32,418 bases of DNA from a virus (Duplodnaviria > Caudoviricetes): IMG/VR virus record IMGVR_UViG_3300048574_000474, positions 1 to 32,418 of that record; one strand, given 5' to 3'. The notes beneath the pieces were generated by a model. The model saw nothing but the letters and a program-made list of their open reading frames with translations. It was not told the DNA's origin and searched no databases. A program made the translations under genes and the position numbers. Position 1 is the first letter of the stretch; every line of letters begins with the position of its first letter. This document shows, in pieces, positions 9,528-18,682 of this stretch.

Positions 9528-10454
9528 ATGAGCTATTCACACCTACTTTCTTCCATCGTTAAAGGCAAATGGGCCATCTTGCCCAGAGCAGTTGAATCTC
9601 AATATCTCATCGTTGATAAAATGATCAATGGTGACTACATGGCTTCTGAGGGTGCTCGTGTATTGTTATCAGACGAAAAGCCTATCCTGATGGATATCCT
9701 CAGTGCTGATCAAGAACCCGATAGTGCCCGCATCCGTCGATGCAATCTTGATGATTTGCCTGAGAATAGCACGCTTGTAAGTGAACTTACCGGTACCATG
9801 CTCAAGTATGGTACCATGTGCAGTTATGGCACCATGGAACTTGCTCAAGCCATGCTTTGCATTGCCTCCCATCCCAATATTGGATCTGTGGTTGTAAAGA
9901 CTGACTCGGGAGGCGGGGCCGTGGATGCCATTGCCCCGATGGTGGATGCCGTTCAGATTATCCAGGCAATGGGAAAACCCGTAGTTGCATCGGTTGATTT
10001 GTGTGCGTCTGCCGCTTACTATTTTGCCTGCCATTGCGATTTGATCATTGCAGACAACAACATCTCATCGGAAATCGGTTCCATCGGAGTGATGATGTCA
10101 TTCAATGACTTCAGCAAGTACTACGAGAAAGAGGGTGTGATTCAACACAAAATTTATTCATCACTGAGCGACTGGAAAAACCGGCCGTTCGAATTAGCAC
10201 TTGAAGGGAAATATGATGAAATCAAATCCGAGGAACTCGATCCCCTCGCCCGAAGTTTCCAGGAAACAGTTCGAGCAAAAAGAGGAGAAAAGCTTAAACA
10301 AGAGACTCCCGGGATTCTTGCAGGAAGGATGTTCCTTGCCCAGACTGCCAAAGAAATAGGGTTAATTGACCAGGTGGGAAATGAAGCCATGGCAATAACT
10401 AGAGCTAGGGAATTACGTCAACGATCCATTGTAAACCAATATTATAAATTCTAA
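9528..10454 (+). CDS. S49 (SppA/ClpP-fold) head maturation protease
   Basis: Motifs DSGGG, CASAAYY, IGSIGV and GLIDQVG. Precedes the capsid gene. Confidence 0.92.
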   Translation: MSYSHLLSSIVKGKWAILPRAVESQYLIVDKMINGDYMASEGARVLLSDEKPILMDILSADQEPDSARIRRCNLDDLPENSTLVSELTGTMLKYGTMCSYGTMELAQAMLCIASHPNIGSVVVKTDSGGGAVDAIAPMVDAVQIIQAMGKPVVASVDLCASAAYYFACHCDLIIADNNISSEIGSIGVMMSFNDFSKYYEKEGVIQHKIYSSLSDWKNRPFELALEGKYDEIKSEELDPLARSFQETVRAKRGEKLKQETPGILAGRMFLAQTAKEIGLIDQVGNEAMAITRARELRQRSIVNQYYKF

Positions 10455-10465
10455 TCTCATCAAGT

Positions 10466-11917
10466 ATGAAAATTAATTTTTCATCGGTGACTTCTGTAGT
10501 GCTTTCGGTGCTCGGAATCAAGTCTTTTGCCAAAGATGCTAAAGGTAAAAGCGTTGTTTCTGACGCGGAAAAGGCTACGCTCACTGAAAAATTCGGTGCC
10601 AAGTTTGTTGAAAATTACGTGGCAGAATTGGCTTTGCATGAAGCCGATGCAACCGCTCTTGATCCCAATGAGCTTTCCGAAGCGCAAGCTCAACTGGAAG
10701 ACATGAAAGTTAAATTGGATGCTGCACTGGCGGACAAAGACGCCTTGCAACAAACCATTGATGCTCTTTCTTTTGATGCCGAGCCGGACTCCGCTGAACG
10801 TATTCCTGTTTCCAAGGCTGGGAAAAAGGTTGCCTTCAAACCGGATCCGAAAATGATGCACAACCGCGTCATTGAGAACTTCTTTCACGGCGACCGGTCA
10901 ATGTCCTATTCGACGGATGAAACCGTAAATACGAACGAACTGCAGTCCGAATTCGGCCGTTATGTGTCGCATGAAAAGATTGAGATCCTTCGTCGACTGA
11001 CAACGGATTTGACATGTACTAACTACATGACGACTGTTGTTACCGATTTGCTGGAATGGAAGGCCTCCCAGGCAATCATTTCTTCGGTGCTTCAACAGTT
11101 TACTCCATTCTGGACGCCCAAAGGAACAACGAAGTTCACACCCATCACCATCAAGAATTTCTTGCTCAAGGTGAACGTACCCATCAAGCCGGCAGAGATC
11201 ATTGATCAATATATCGGGTACCTGTACGATGAAGACCAGACCCCCGAAAACATGCCGATTGTGAAGTACATCGTTGATGCACTCATCATTCCCAAATTAC
11301 TGGAAGATCTAGAAGAAGCCCTGGCTACTGGTAAATTTGTGGAACATTCTCCCACACAAGATGGCGAAGCTGGCTCGGATGCAGCCGACTCAATGGATGG
11401 TTACATTACCATTTTGAGGGCCCTCAAAGCCGGTAGCAAGCAAATTGGTGCCTGGTTGTTGGATGGCGTTACGCTCACTCAAGCAAACATTTTGGAAAAG
11501 ATGGACCTGGCGGTGAAAGAAGTGTCCAAAAATTACCGCAGAAAGAAGCTGCTTGTTTATGCGGACCCGGATGTATGTACCATGTACGGAAAAGCCTACC
11601 GGGATAAATACCCGTATACCAAGAACCAAGATGGGGAAGTACTGAAAATTGATTTCACCAACTTTACTTTTCAGCCTGTTGATGGAATGCTTGGTACCGG
11701 TGTGTTTTTCATTACCCCTAAGGAAAACTGGAAACACCTTATGTCGAAAAATCCGAATGAGGCCAAAATCTTCATGCAGGTTCAGAACTACGATGTGAAA
11801 GTGTTCATCCACTTCCGTAAAGGTACCGGCTTTGCCATGCAGGAGGCACTTTTCGCGTATCTGCCCCCCCTCTCGAGCTCGACGGATCCTGAAGGTTCAA
11901 CCGGCGGTGGTCTTTGA
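10466..11917 (+). CDS. Major capsid protein with N-terminal scaffold-like coiled coil
   Basis: 483 aa, directly after the protease. Coiled coil at about aa 70-100. Low-complexity C-terminal tail. Confidence 0.8.
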   Translation: MKINFSSVTSVVLSVLGIKSFAKDAKGKSVVSDAEKATLTEKFGAKFVENYVAELALHEADATALDPNELSEAQAQLEDMKVKLDAALADKDALQQTIDALSFDAEPDSAERIPVSKAGKKVAFKPDPKMMHNRVIENFFHGDRSMSYSTDETVNTNELQSEFGRYVSHEKIEILRRLTTDLTCTNYMTTVVTDLLEWKASQAIISSVLQQFTPFWTPKGTTKFTPITIKNFLLKVNVPIKPAEIIDQYIGYLYDEDQTPENMPIVKYIVDALIIPKLLEDLEEALATGKFVEHSPTQDGEAGSDAADSMDGYITILRALKAGSKQIGAWLLDGVTLTQANILEKMDLAVKEVSKNYRRKKLLVYADPDVCTMYGKAYRDKYPYTKNQDGEVLKIDFTNFTFQPVDGMLGTGVFFITPKENWKHLMSKNPNEAKIFMQVQNYDVKVFIHFRKGTGFAMQEALFAYLPPLSSSTDPEGSTGGGL

Positions 11918-11943
11918 TTTGTTTAACCATTAAATATTAAGAT

Positions 11944-12519
11944 ATGCCGTATGCAAAACTTGTTTCGGTGACCAAGCCATCGAGCAATGCCGGTAGACCC
12001 ACAGGAAAGAAATCTTTCCTGATGGTCTGCTTGGTGAAAGATTTGAAAGTGTTTACCAGGCTGGAGAGTGAAGTAAGGGTGTCTGCTTTTGACTTCCATG
12101 AAGGCAAACAGCCGGTTGGTATCTATGCCACAAATACAACCCAGAATGTGTACCATCAGTCTGCCGGAGAAAAAGATGCACGTGGTTTCATCCATCACGT
12201 GGATTTTGAATTCCCAGGTGACTCTGAGGCCTTTGATCTTTTTGTTGAAAATAACATCAACGAAGAGCTGTGTGTTATCCAAATCCCTTGTGTTGGTACT
12301 GACTGTAAAGTCGCTGGCATGCCAGGTAACCCGCTAAGCATTACTCAGGACAATGGTCAGGACAACAAGGACGGAAGCAAACACGCCGTTACGATGGCAC
12401 AGGAGTTTGCTGGACCGGCATTGGGCCGAATTGCAAAGTCGTTGATTCCTCCGACCGATAATGCCGAAGTAAACGCGGCTCTGGGGCTTTCCGTCGGTTC
12501 TACTGGTGGCGGAATTTGA
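11944..12519 (+). CDS. Putative major tail (tube) protein
   Basis: 191-aa beta-rich protein after the capsid, VAGMPGNP motif. Assigned from size and position. Confidence 0.6.
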   Translation: MPYAKLVSVTKPSSNAGRPTGKKSFLMVCLVKDLKVFTRLESEVRVSAFDFHEGKQPVGIYATNTTQNVYHQSAGEKDARGFIHHVDFEFPGDSEAFDLFVENNINEELCVIQIPCVGTDCKVAGMPGNPLSITQDNGQDNKDGSKHAVTMAQEFAGPALGRIAKSLIPPTDNAEVNAALGLSVGSTGGGI

Positions 12520-12545
12520 TTTGTATTATTTTGATTTAGGGTTTG

Positions 12546-12579
12546 AAATGCCCCTGACGCTATTTGGTCAGGGGCATTT
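12546..12579 (+). terminator. 13-bp stem hairpin after the capsid and tail tube genes
   Basis: AAATGCCCCTGAC-N8-GTCAGGGGCATTT, followed by GTCCTTT. Confidence 0.7.
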
Positions 12580-12614
12580 GTCCTTTAATTCGGGTATTTG
12601 CAATTGCAAATTTG
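12580..12614 (+). promoter_or_regulatory. Late promoter motif, copy 2
   Basis: GTCCTTT-N20-CAAATTTG. Contains the palindrome TTTGCAATTGCAAA. Confidence 0.55.
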
Positions 12615-12646
12615 GGTTACAATTCATTACCCTAAAAGCATCAATA

Positions 12647-13627
12647 ATGAGCAACGCAAAAACCCCCGAAGAAAAAGCTGCAGCAAAACAGAAAGCAGCT
12701 GAAAAAGCGGTTTCTAAGCAGGCTGCAAAAGAACAGTCAGGAAAAAACAGTGATGAAACAGATTCGAATCCCTCCAATTCCGAGAGCACACCGGTATCGG
12801 ATTCGGTTGATTCCACCCAAAACCAAGGAAATTCAGAGTCAAGATTGGGACAAGACAATGCCCCAGAAGAAACAAACAAAAAACTGGCCGTAGTTATCCC
12901 GTATCTGAAGTTAGCGGCGCAAGGGAAAGAACTCCTTTATGCCGTTCGCTCCATTGCTAAGAATTTCTCTGAAGATTTTCAACTGGTGGTAATCGGTGAC
13001 AAAGAAGACTGGTTTGGTGAGGAGATCCTTCATATCAATCATGCTTGCATTGGTGCGGATCCTCAGTCGGATGTCATCGAAAAAATGAAAGAGATCCTTA
13101 TGGATGAGCGGATTGGAGATGATTTTGTCTGGTCAAACGACGATATCTATTTTGTTCGTCAGACATCACTTGCGGATATCAAGGTGCTTAAGGTGGATGG
13201 TGAACTCATGGTTGGTCCCATCTACAGTCTCTATGATGAAAACAAGGGAAAAACTTTCAACGCATTAAAAGGCCACGACTTACCAACGCGAAATTTTGAC
13301 GTCCATATGCCTTTCTTTTTTGAGAAAAGTAAGATGGTTGATGTCTTTGAAATGTTTCCCGAGATGGAGAGCCAAGGCTTACTCATTGCATCCATGTATC
13401 TGAATTTGCACAACGACGAATCGGTGCCTGCTGACGTTCATATGTGGGAGTCCGATAAGTGGTTGCTCCGTGTAATCTCAAAGCTTGAGACCGAAGAAAA
13501 GAAAAACATCTTCCGAAAATTGATCGGAACCAAGCATTTTTTGAATCATTCGGAATCCGGTTATAGTACACTGCTTATGGAGTGGCTCTCTCGTCAATTT
13601 GCAGACAAATGCCGGTTTGAGAAGTGA
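12647..13627 (+). CDS. Stealth-like / GT-A fold (phospho)glycosyltransferase with disordered N-terminus
   Basis: VVIPY..ELLYAVRSI, FVWSNDDIYF and DVHMP resemble Stealth conserved regions. The first roughly 75 aa are low complexity. Confidence 0.65.
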   Translation: MSNAKTPEEKAAAKQKAAEKAVSKQAAKEQSGKNSDETDSNPSNSESTPVSDSVDSTQNQGNSESRLGQDNAPEETNKKLAVVIPYLKLAAQGKELLYAVRSIAKNFSEDFQLVVIGDKEDWFGEEILHINHACIGADPQSDVIEKMKEILMDERIGDDFVWSNDDIYFVRQTSLADIKVLKVDGELMVGPIYSLYDENKGKTFNALKGHDLPTRNFDVHMPFFFEKSKMVDVFEMFPEMESQGLLIASMYLNLHNDESVPADVHMWESDKWLLRVISKLETEEKKNIFRKLIGTKHFLNHSESGYSTLLMEWLSRQFADKCRFEK

Positions 13628-14304
13628 GAGAGGAGGTCCTGAGTTGGCTGAGTTCCGGATGCGATATTCATGTAGGTATCCAGTTGCTTGAATCCTATTC
13701 AAAGAATGTGTTCTTGGTTCGGATGGTAAAAGCTAATCCGGCCAAGAACCTTCAACGGATGATCAAAGAGCTATCCAGCATCGCCAATGTCACTCCGGTC
13801 GTTTCATGTCTTCCCAGTGATCCCCTCACAGTTCGGTCATCCGTAAAGGGATTACGCGAAGAATTCCCGTTTCTAAAAGAACCAGGCTGTCCTCTTGAGC
13901 TCCGCGCCTTGGTTACGGATAAGTTCTCCTCCTATTATCGGTACCGCGAATTGCATGCGGGTTTAAAGGATTGTGAGAATGCGACTCAGTGTGCCGACGC
14001 TTGCCGGTCATTGATCGATAACTATCAGGAGAATCGCGCGATCTATGCTGAGCTGGATTACTACCAAAAGCATAAGGTGGTTTTAGGTAAGCATCCAATT
14101 TTTAGGCATTTCAACAAAATGAGAGGGCTCCGAAAACTTACTACCAAGGAATTGGTTCGAAAACAGCTCCAGCTTGAGCATAACATATGGAGAATAGAGA
14201 GTGAGATCAAAAAGAAGGATAAGCCACACCTGGAGACGGAGCGCCGTGTCCGGTTAAATCATAAGCAGGCAGAACTGGCCGAGGTAAACCGTTTGCTTGG
14301 ATGA
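13624..14304 (+). CDS. Hypothetical helical phage protein
   Basis: 226 aa with a GTGA overlap. VLGKHPIF motif and a coiled coil. Confidence 0.75.
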   Translation: MREEVLSWLSSGCDIHVGIQLLESYSKNVFLVRMVKANPAKNLQRMIKELSSIANVTPVVSCLPSDPLTVRSSVKGLREEFPFLKEPGCPLELRALVTDKFSSYYRYRELHAGLKDCENATQCADACRSLIDNYQENRAIYAELDYYQKHKVVLGKHPIFRHFNKMRGLRKLTTKELVRKQLQLEHNIWRIESEIKKKDKPHLETERRVRLNHKQAELAEVNRLLG

Positions 14305-14870
14305 AGTATTTCTCCCTTGATGATATTCGAAAGGAGCGCAACAATGCCAGGCTTTATTCTGCAAGGTTTGAACGCTTACATTTCTTTCGGATACGTAACC
14401 TTAAAGATCTTTGCGGTCGATTGCCTGAGGATGAAGAGGTTTTCTTTATCGAAACCACGAAAAGTTTCAATGCTTTCACATTCATCGTGTACTTGATAAG
14501 GCATGCTGGTCGCATTGACAACCTGTTTGTCGCTACTTACTCTATCAATGATCGCATAATTAGCTCACTGATAAGATGGAAAGAAGCGGGGTTGATTGGC
14601 AGTGTGGAAATTGAAATATCGGCCAGTATCAAGTTCCGTATGCCTAAAGTGTATGATCGGCTGGAACTCTTAGCAAAAAGTGGGCGAATTATTGTCCGGT
14701 ACGAGTGGACACACCGAAAAGTGACATGTCTTAAAACGCCATCCGGTTTTTTTGTAGTGGAAGGTTCCGGAAATTATGGCGAGAATGCAATGAAAGAGCA
14801 GTACGTATTTTGTAAATCAACAAAAGTCTATGACTTCAGATATAACCCTGAGTGCAGCCAGGTGGGATAG
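14301..14870 (+). CDS. Phospholipase-D-fold (HxK...GSxN) protein
   Basis: VATYSI, THRKV and VVEGSGNY motifs. The HKD motif is degenerate. Confidence 0.65.
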   Translation: MKYFSLDDIRKERNNARLYSARFERLHFFRIRNLKDLCGRLPEDEEVFFIETTKSFNAFTFIVYLIRHAGRIDNLFVATYSINDRIISSLIRWKEAGLIGSVEIEISASIKFRMPKVYDRLELLAKSGRIIVRYEWTHRKVTCLKTPSGFFVVEGSGNYGENAMKEQYVFCKSTKVYDFRYNPECSQVG

Positions 14871-15186
14871 TATTCCGCCACCTCCATGGTTGGATAAAAT
14901 ATCTTGGGATGACCTAGAAAAGCTTGCTGCCATCGGATACACTCCGGAAAAGGTGGCCATGTTTTTTGATGTGCCCAAAATAGAGTTTATGTACTACTTT
15001 ATGCTTGAGGATAGTAAACTTAAACACCACTACGATAGAGGTGTTCTCTATTATCATGCAAAGGAGGGGCTGTCCATGCTTGAAGACGCTGATCAAAATG
15101 CGACTCAGGCACAACGCTTGGATAAACTTCGCAAGACGGTCAAGTTTCGTAACGCTGTAGATGAGATTTTGTATGGTGGGATATGA
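14830..15186 (+). CDS. Terminase small subunit-like HTH protein
   Basis: LEKLAAIGYTPEKVAMFFDV is HTH-like. Located upstream of terL. Confidence 0.5.
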   Translation: MTSDITLSAARWDSIPPPPWLDKISWDDLEKLAAIGYTPEKVAMFFDVPKIEFMYYFMLEDSKLKHHYDRGVLYYHAKEGLSMLEDADQNATQAQRLDKLRKTVKFRNAVDEILYGGI

Positions 15187-15811
15187 TTTTAAAAAGTCTC
15201 ATTTCGATAAGCTTCAGGACTACATTCAGGCAGGGTCCAGTTTAGAGCTGACAGAGGAAGAACAATGCTATTTGGATGTCTTGTACCTGCTGAACTCACT
15301 TCGTAGAAAATATGGCAAAGAAAATGCCATTGCTTTTGTGCAGAGGCCCCCTTATGGTTTATCGTATAGGCGTTCAAGGTTGATGTACGATGAAGCAATT
15401 AATCTATTTTATCTGGACGATGGGATAGAGAAACAAGCGCATCGAAACATGCTTTTTGAGCAGCTGTTGTCAGCTGCAGCTATCATTATGAAAACCGCGG
15501 AAACACCAAAAGATCTGGAAATTTATGGGGATTTAATTTCCCGCGCGCATAAGATCAAAGGCCTCGATGTCCCGGAGGCGCCAAAGGTTCCGGAGGCGCT
15601 CTATGCAAAACCAATTAAAATTTATTCACTCAGCCCCAAAGCGATAGGATTGACGAATGCTGACCGAAACGCTTTAGCTGAGCGTATTGATGCTTTGGAA
15701 GTTCCAGAGGTGGAAAAACGCCGTTTTCGTCAGGAATCCGGAGTAGAAGACGTTAATTTTTTAGAAATGCTCGATGACCAGGAAAGCAAAATTGGATCTG
15801 AACAGGGATGA
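15173..15811 (+). CDS. Hypothetical packaging-module protein
   Basis: ORF overlapping the terL start. Helical composition. Confidence 0.7.
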   Translation: MVGYDFKKSHFDKLQDYIQAGSSLELTEEEQCYLDVLYLLNSLRRKYGKENAIAFVQRPPYGLSYRRSRLMYDEAINLFYLDDGIEKQAHRNMLFEQLLSAAAIIMKTAETPKDLEIYGDLISRAHKIKGLDVPEAPKVPEALYAKPIKIYSLSPKAIGLTNADRNALAERIDALEVPEVEKRRFRQESGVEDVNFLEMLDDQESKIGSEQG

Positions 15812-17465
15812 CGTAGAGGTCCGTTATTCCAACTGGCTTGCACAACTGTGCAGTATAATGATGCCAAGGGACTTTTACGGGGTTCTTGGGCGTGCTTCGT
15901 CTAAGACCACGGACTTTGTAGTACAACGTCTACAGGAGTCTGTTTTTGATCTTCCCGGGGCACCGGTGGCATTTGTTTCTGATACCTATGCCAACCTTCA
16001 TAAGAACGTAATACCTTCCCTTCAGGAGGGCCTTCGGCTTCATGGATGGGAGGAGGATGTTCACTATGTGATCAACAAAGAACCGCCGGCAGAGTGGCGT
16101 GCAAATATGTACAACATCATGTCGTCGTGGAAGAATACCATGGTATTCTTCAATGGATTTAATGTCACATTTATTTCGCTCGATAGGCCTGCGATCGGCG
16201 CCGGTCGTTCGTATGTAGAAGTGTTCGGTGACGAGGTGAAATACTTTCCAGAGGTTCGTGTTTCCAACCTTTTGAAGGCTGTCCGTGGATATAGAGCCAA
16301 GTATGGTGATTCACCGTTTTATCGCGCTCAGACCTTTACCACCGATATGCCTGATCCGAATCGAATAGGTGAATTCGATTGGATATTGAAAATGGCCAAA
16401 AAGAATGATAAGCAAAAGATCCTGGATCTATTGCACGTCGGATACGTCTATAATGAGACGAAAAAAGAGTATGCGGTGGCTTTAGATGGCAAGAATCAAA
16501 AAAAAGTTGAACTAGCCCGCAAGAACATGGAGCGGTGGGAAAAGCGCTGGAATCTGCTGAGAAAGAAAACGTCTTTTTTCCTAATTGCATCCTCATTTGT
16601 CAATGTGGATATTTTGGGACTTGAATGGTTTGACGAAGAGTTTTCGGTAGGGCTTGAAGGGGTTCTGACGAATATCCTATCCATCATCCCCAAGCTATCC
16701 GCCGCATCACGTTTTTATTCAAACCTAGCAGAGAAGCATTTCTATGCCGATGGCAATGATAACGAATTCTTGGAGACGTTACCTTTTGGATCCGAACCTG
16801 ATTGTAGAGTGCTTAGACACTTAGATAAGAACCAATCACTGGAAGCGGGATTGGATATCGGTAATACATTATGGATGGTGTTTGGGCAACAGCGTGGTAA
16901 TACCTACCGGATACTCAAAGAACTTTATACGTTGCCTCCTTCGTACCTTCGCGAAATGGCGGATGAGTTTCTTCGTTATTTTGCCGCACATAAGCGTAAG
17001 GTTCTTAAGCTCTACTATGACCGGGCAGCAAATAACTATGCCAAGATCGGCCAGGATGTGGCCACACAGATTAAGAAGGCGATAGAGGTTGATGTGAACG
17101 GTAAACGTACTGGCTGGTCCGTACAGCTGATGAGTATTGGTCAAGGTAATATCGGTAGCAATGCAGAATATAGCTTCATGATGGAACTCATGAGTGGAAA
17201 CAACAAGCTGTTACCAAAACTGTTGATTGATAGGACTAACTGCCCATACCTTAAAGCACAGCTGGAGAATACTGCCGCCAAGATATCGAGTGGTGCTCGC
17301 ATGAATGGCCTGGTAGTAAAACAAAAGAAGGTGGATGGACTACCAGTGCACCGATTGGCTAAAGAATCGACGAACTTCACCGATGCATTCAAGTATCTGT
17401 TGTGTCGTAAATCATTACTCAAGCTTGTGAATAGGCCTACCGGAGCCGCGATCTCTCCCAAGTAA
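15774..17465 (+). CDS. terL: Terminase large subunit
   Basis: Walker A variant GRASSKT, Walker B VFGDE, coupling motif FTTD, nuclease motifs GLDIG and FTDAFKY. Confidence 0.88.
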   Translation: MTRKAKLDLNRDDVEVRYSNWLAQLCSIMMPRDFYGVLGRASSKTTDFVVQRLQESVFDLPGAPVAFVSDTYANLHKNVIPSLQEGLRLHGWEEDVHYVINKEPPAEWRANMYNIMSSWKNTMVFFNGFNVTFISLDRPAIGAGRSYVEVFGDEVKYFPEVRVSNLLKAVRGYRAKYGDSPFYRAQTFTTDMPDPNRIGEFDWILKMAKKNDKQKILDLLHVGYVYNETKKEYAVALDGKNQKKVELARKNMERWEKRWNLLRKKTSFFLIASSFVNVDILGLEWFDEEFSVGLEGVLTNILSIIPKLSAASRFYSNLAEKHFYADGNDNEFLETLPFGSEPDCRVLRHLDKNQSLEAGLDIGNTLWMVFGQQRGNTYRILKELYTLPPSYLREMADEFLRYFAAHKRKVLKLYYDRAANNYAKIGQDVATQIKKAIEVDVNGKRTGWSVQLMSIGQGNIGSNAEYSFMMELMSGNNKLLPKLLIDRTNCPYLKAQLENTAAKISSGARMNGLVVKQKKVDGLPVHRLAKESTNFTDAFKYLLCRKSLLKLVNRPTGAAISPK

Positions 17466-17494
17466 AGAGCTATTGTACTTGGTTGTAATAGCTG

Positions 17495-17522
17495 GCTCGT
17501 AGCGTATGCTACGAGCTTTTTT
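17495..17522 (+). terminator. Intrinsic terminator after terL
   Basis: GCTCGTAGC-GTAT-GCTACGAGC-TTTTTT. Confidence 0.88.
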
Positions 17523-18000
17523 GTATGCGGTGGTATATTGCCTTACTGTCGAAATTCTTATGTTATCAGAATATTATCAATTCGTCACATTTCCCGCCGT
17601 CGAGACCCCTTGCAATTGCAACCAAAGGACAGAGCGGGGCGGCCCTACGTGTGTGTGTTCTTTTTGGGTAAAAAGAAATTAAACCGTTAAAATGCTATAA
17701 ATCAGTATGTTAAACTTTATTAATGTGAAAAAAGGCCTTAATATCGCCCTGTTTTGGCAAAAACTCGCCCCGTTTTATATTTGAAGTCGGAAAAAAAGTT
17801 TTAGGAGTAAGGAGGGGATAAGGTATAATGCCTAATTGGCGTTCAAGGGTTGGTATCCCTTCCGATGTGTTCAACTATCTGATATATAGATAAATATATC
17901 AATATATTTTGTATCTTTATAGTAACAAAAAAGCAGAGAGGTAAAGTTTTCGACGCCTTTCTCCCTGCTTTAAATCAATAACCTTTAACAAATTATCGAC

Positions 18001-18465
18001 ATGGCAAATGTACTAACAATTTTCGATTCCGTAGTTTCTGAAATCAATGTTTCCTACACCAACAAAATCAGACCTTCCGAGCGTTTTCAGATTAGGAACT
18101 CACAGGATATTTACCAGCTCCTTTTGACTCGTTATGAATCTTGCATTGAGCACCACGAAGAAATGTGGGCTATCTACATGAATAACCAACATAAAGTCTT
18201 AGGTGTAGCAAAAATATCCCAGGGTGGACTCTCTGAAACAACCGCAGACCCCAAAATTATCCTTCAAATTGCCCTTAAGGCAAATGCTTCTTCGATAATC
18301 ATTTCTCACAATCACCCCTCGGGGAATCCCCAACCAAGCGATTGCGATAAAGTAATCACAAGAAAAATACAGGAGGGATGCAAATACTTAGATATGAAGC
18401 TTTGCGACCATGTTATTATTTCGCCTACTTCTTATTATAGTTTCGCCGATGATGGTAAGCTGTAA
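18001..18465 (+). CDS. radC: RadC-like JAB domain protein (stand-alone)
   Basis: Motifs HEEMWAI, HNHPSGNPQPSDCD and DHVII. Confidence 0.92.
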   Translation: MANVLTIFDSVVSEINVSYTNKIRPSERFQIRNSQDIYQLLLTRYESCIEHHEEMWAIYMNNQHKVLGVAKISQGGLSETTADPKIILQIALKANASSIIISHNHPSGNPQPSDCDKVITRKIQEGCKYLDMKLCDHVIISPTSYYSFADDGKL

Positions 18466-18480
18466 TTGATTTAAAGCCTT

Positions 18481-18553
18481 AAAAACAGCCTTAAACAAAG
18501 CGTGTGGGGCTGTTTTTGGCGCTACTTTCTTTATGAGGCTTAAAGAAAGTAGC
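18481..18553. repeat. Two tandem hairpins after radC
   Basis: AAAAACAGCC..GGCTGTTTTT (18481-18517) and the perfect 13-bp stem GCTACTTTCTTTA-N7-TAAAGAAAGTAGC (18521-18553). Confidence 0.7.
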
Positions 18554-18682
18554 AAAGAAAGAGCCTGAAATTCTTTTTATATAATTATCCAAAAATCAAA
18601 TGGAAAAAAGTGGAGAAAAGATTGGTTTTTGAAGAATGAGTCCTATATTTGTAATATATCTACGAATTTAACACCTAAAAAT

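Noticed and set aside
12506-12646. N-terminal extension of the transferase ORF
   Set aside because: It runs through the terminator hairpin and late promoter. ATG 12647 is preferred.
18001-18465. Bacterial ubiquitination (E1/E2/JAB) defence system
   Set aside because: The JAB protein is RadC-type, and no E1, E2 or Ubl gene is recognisable in the window.
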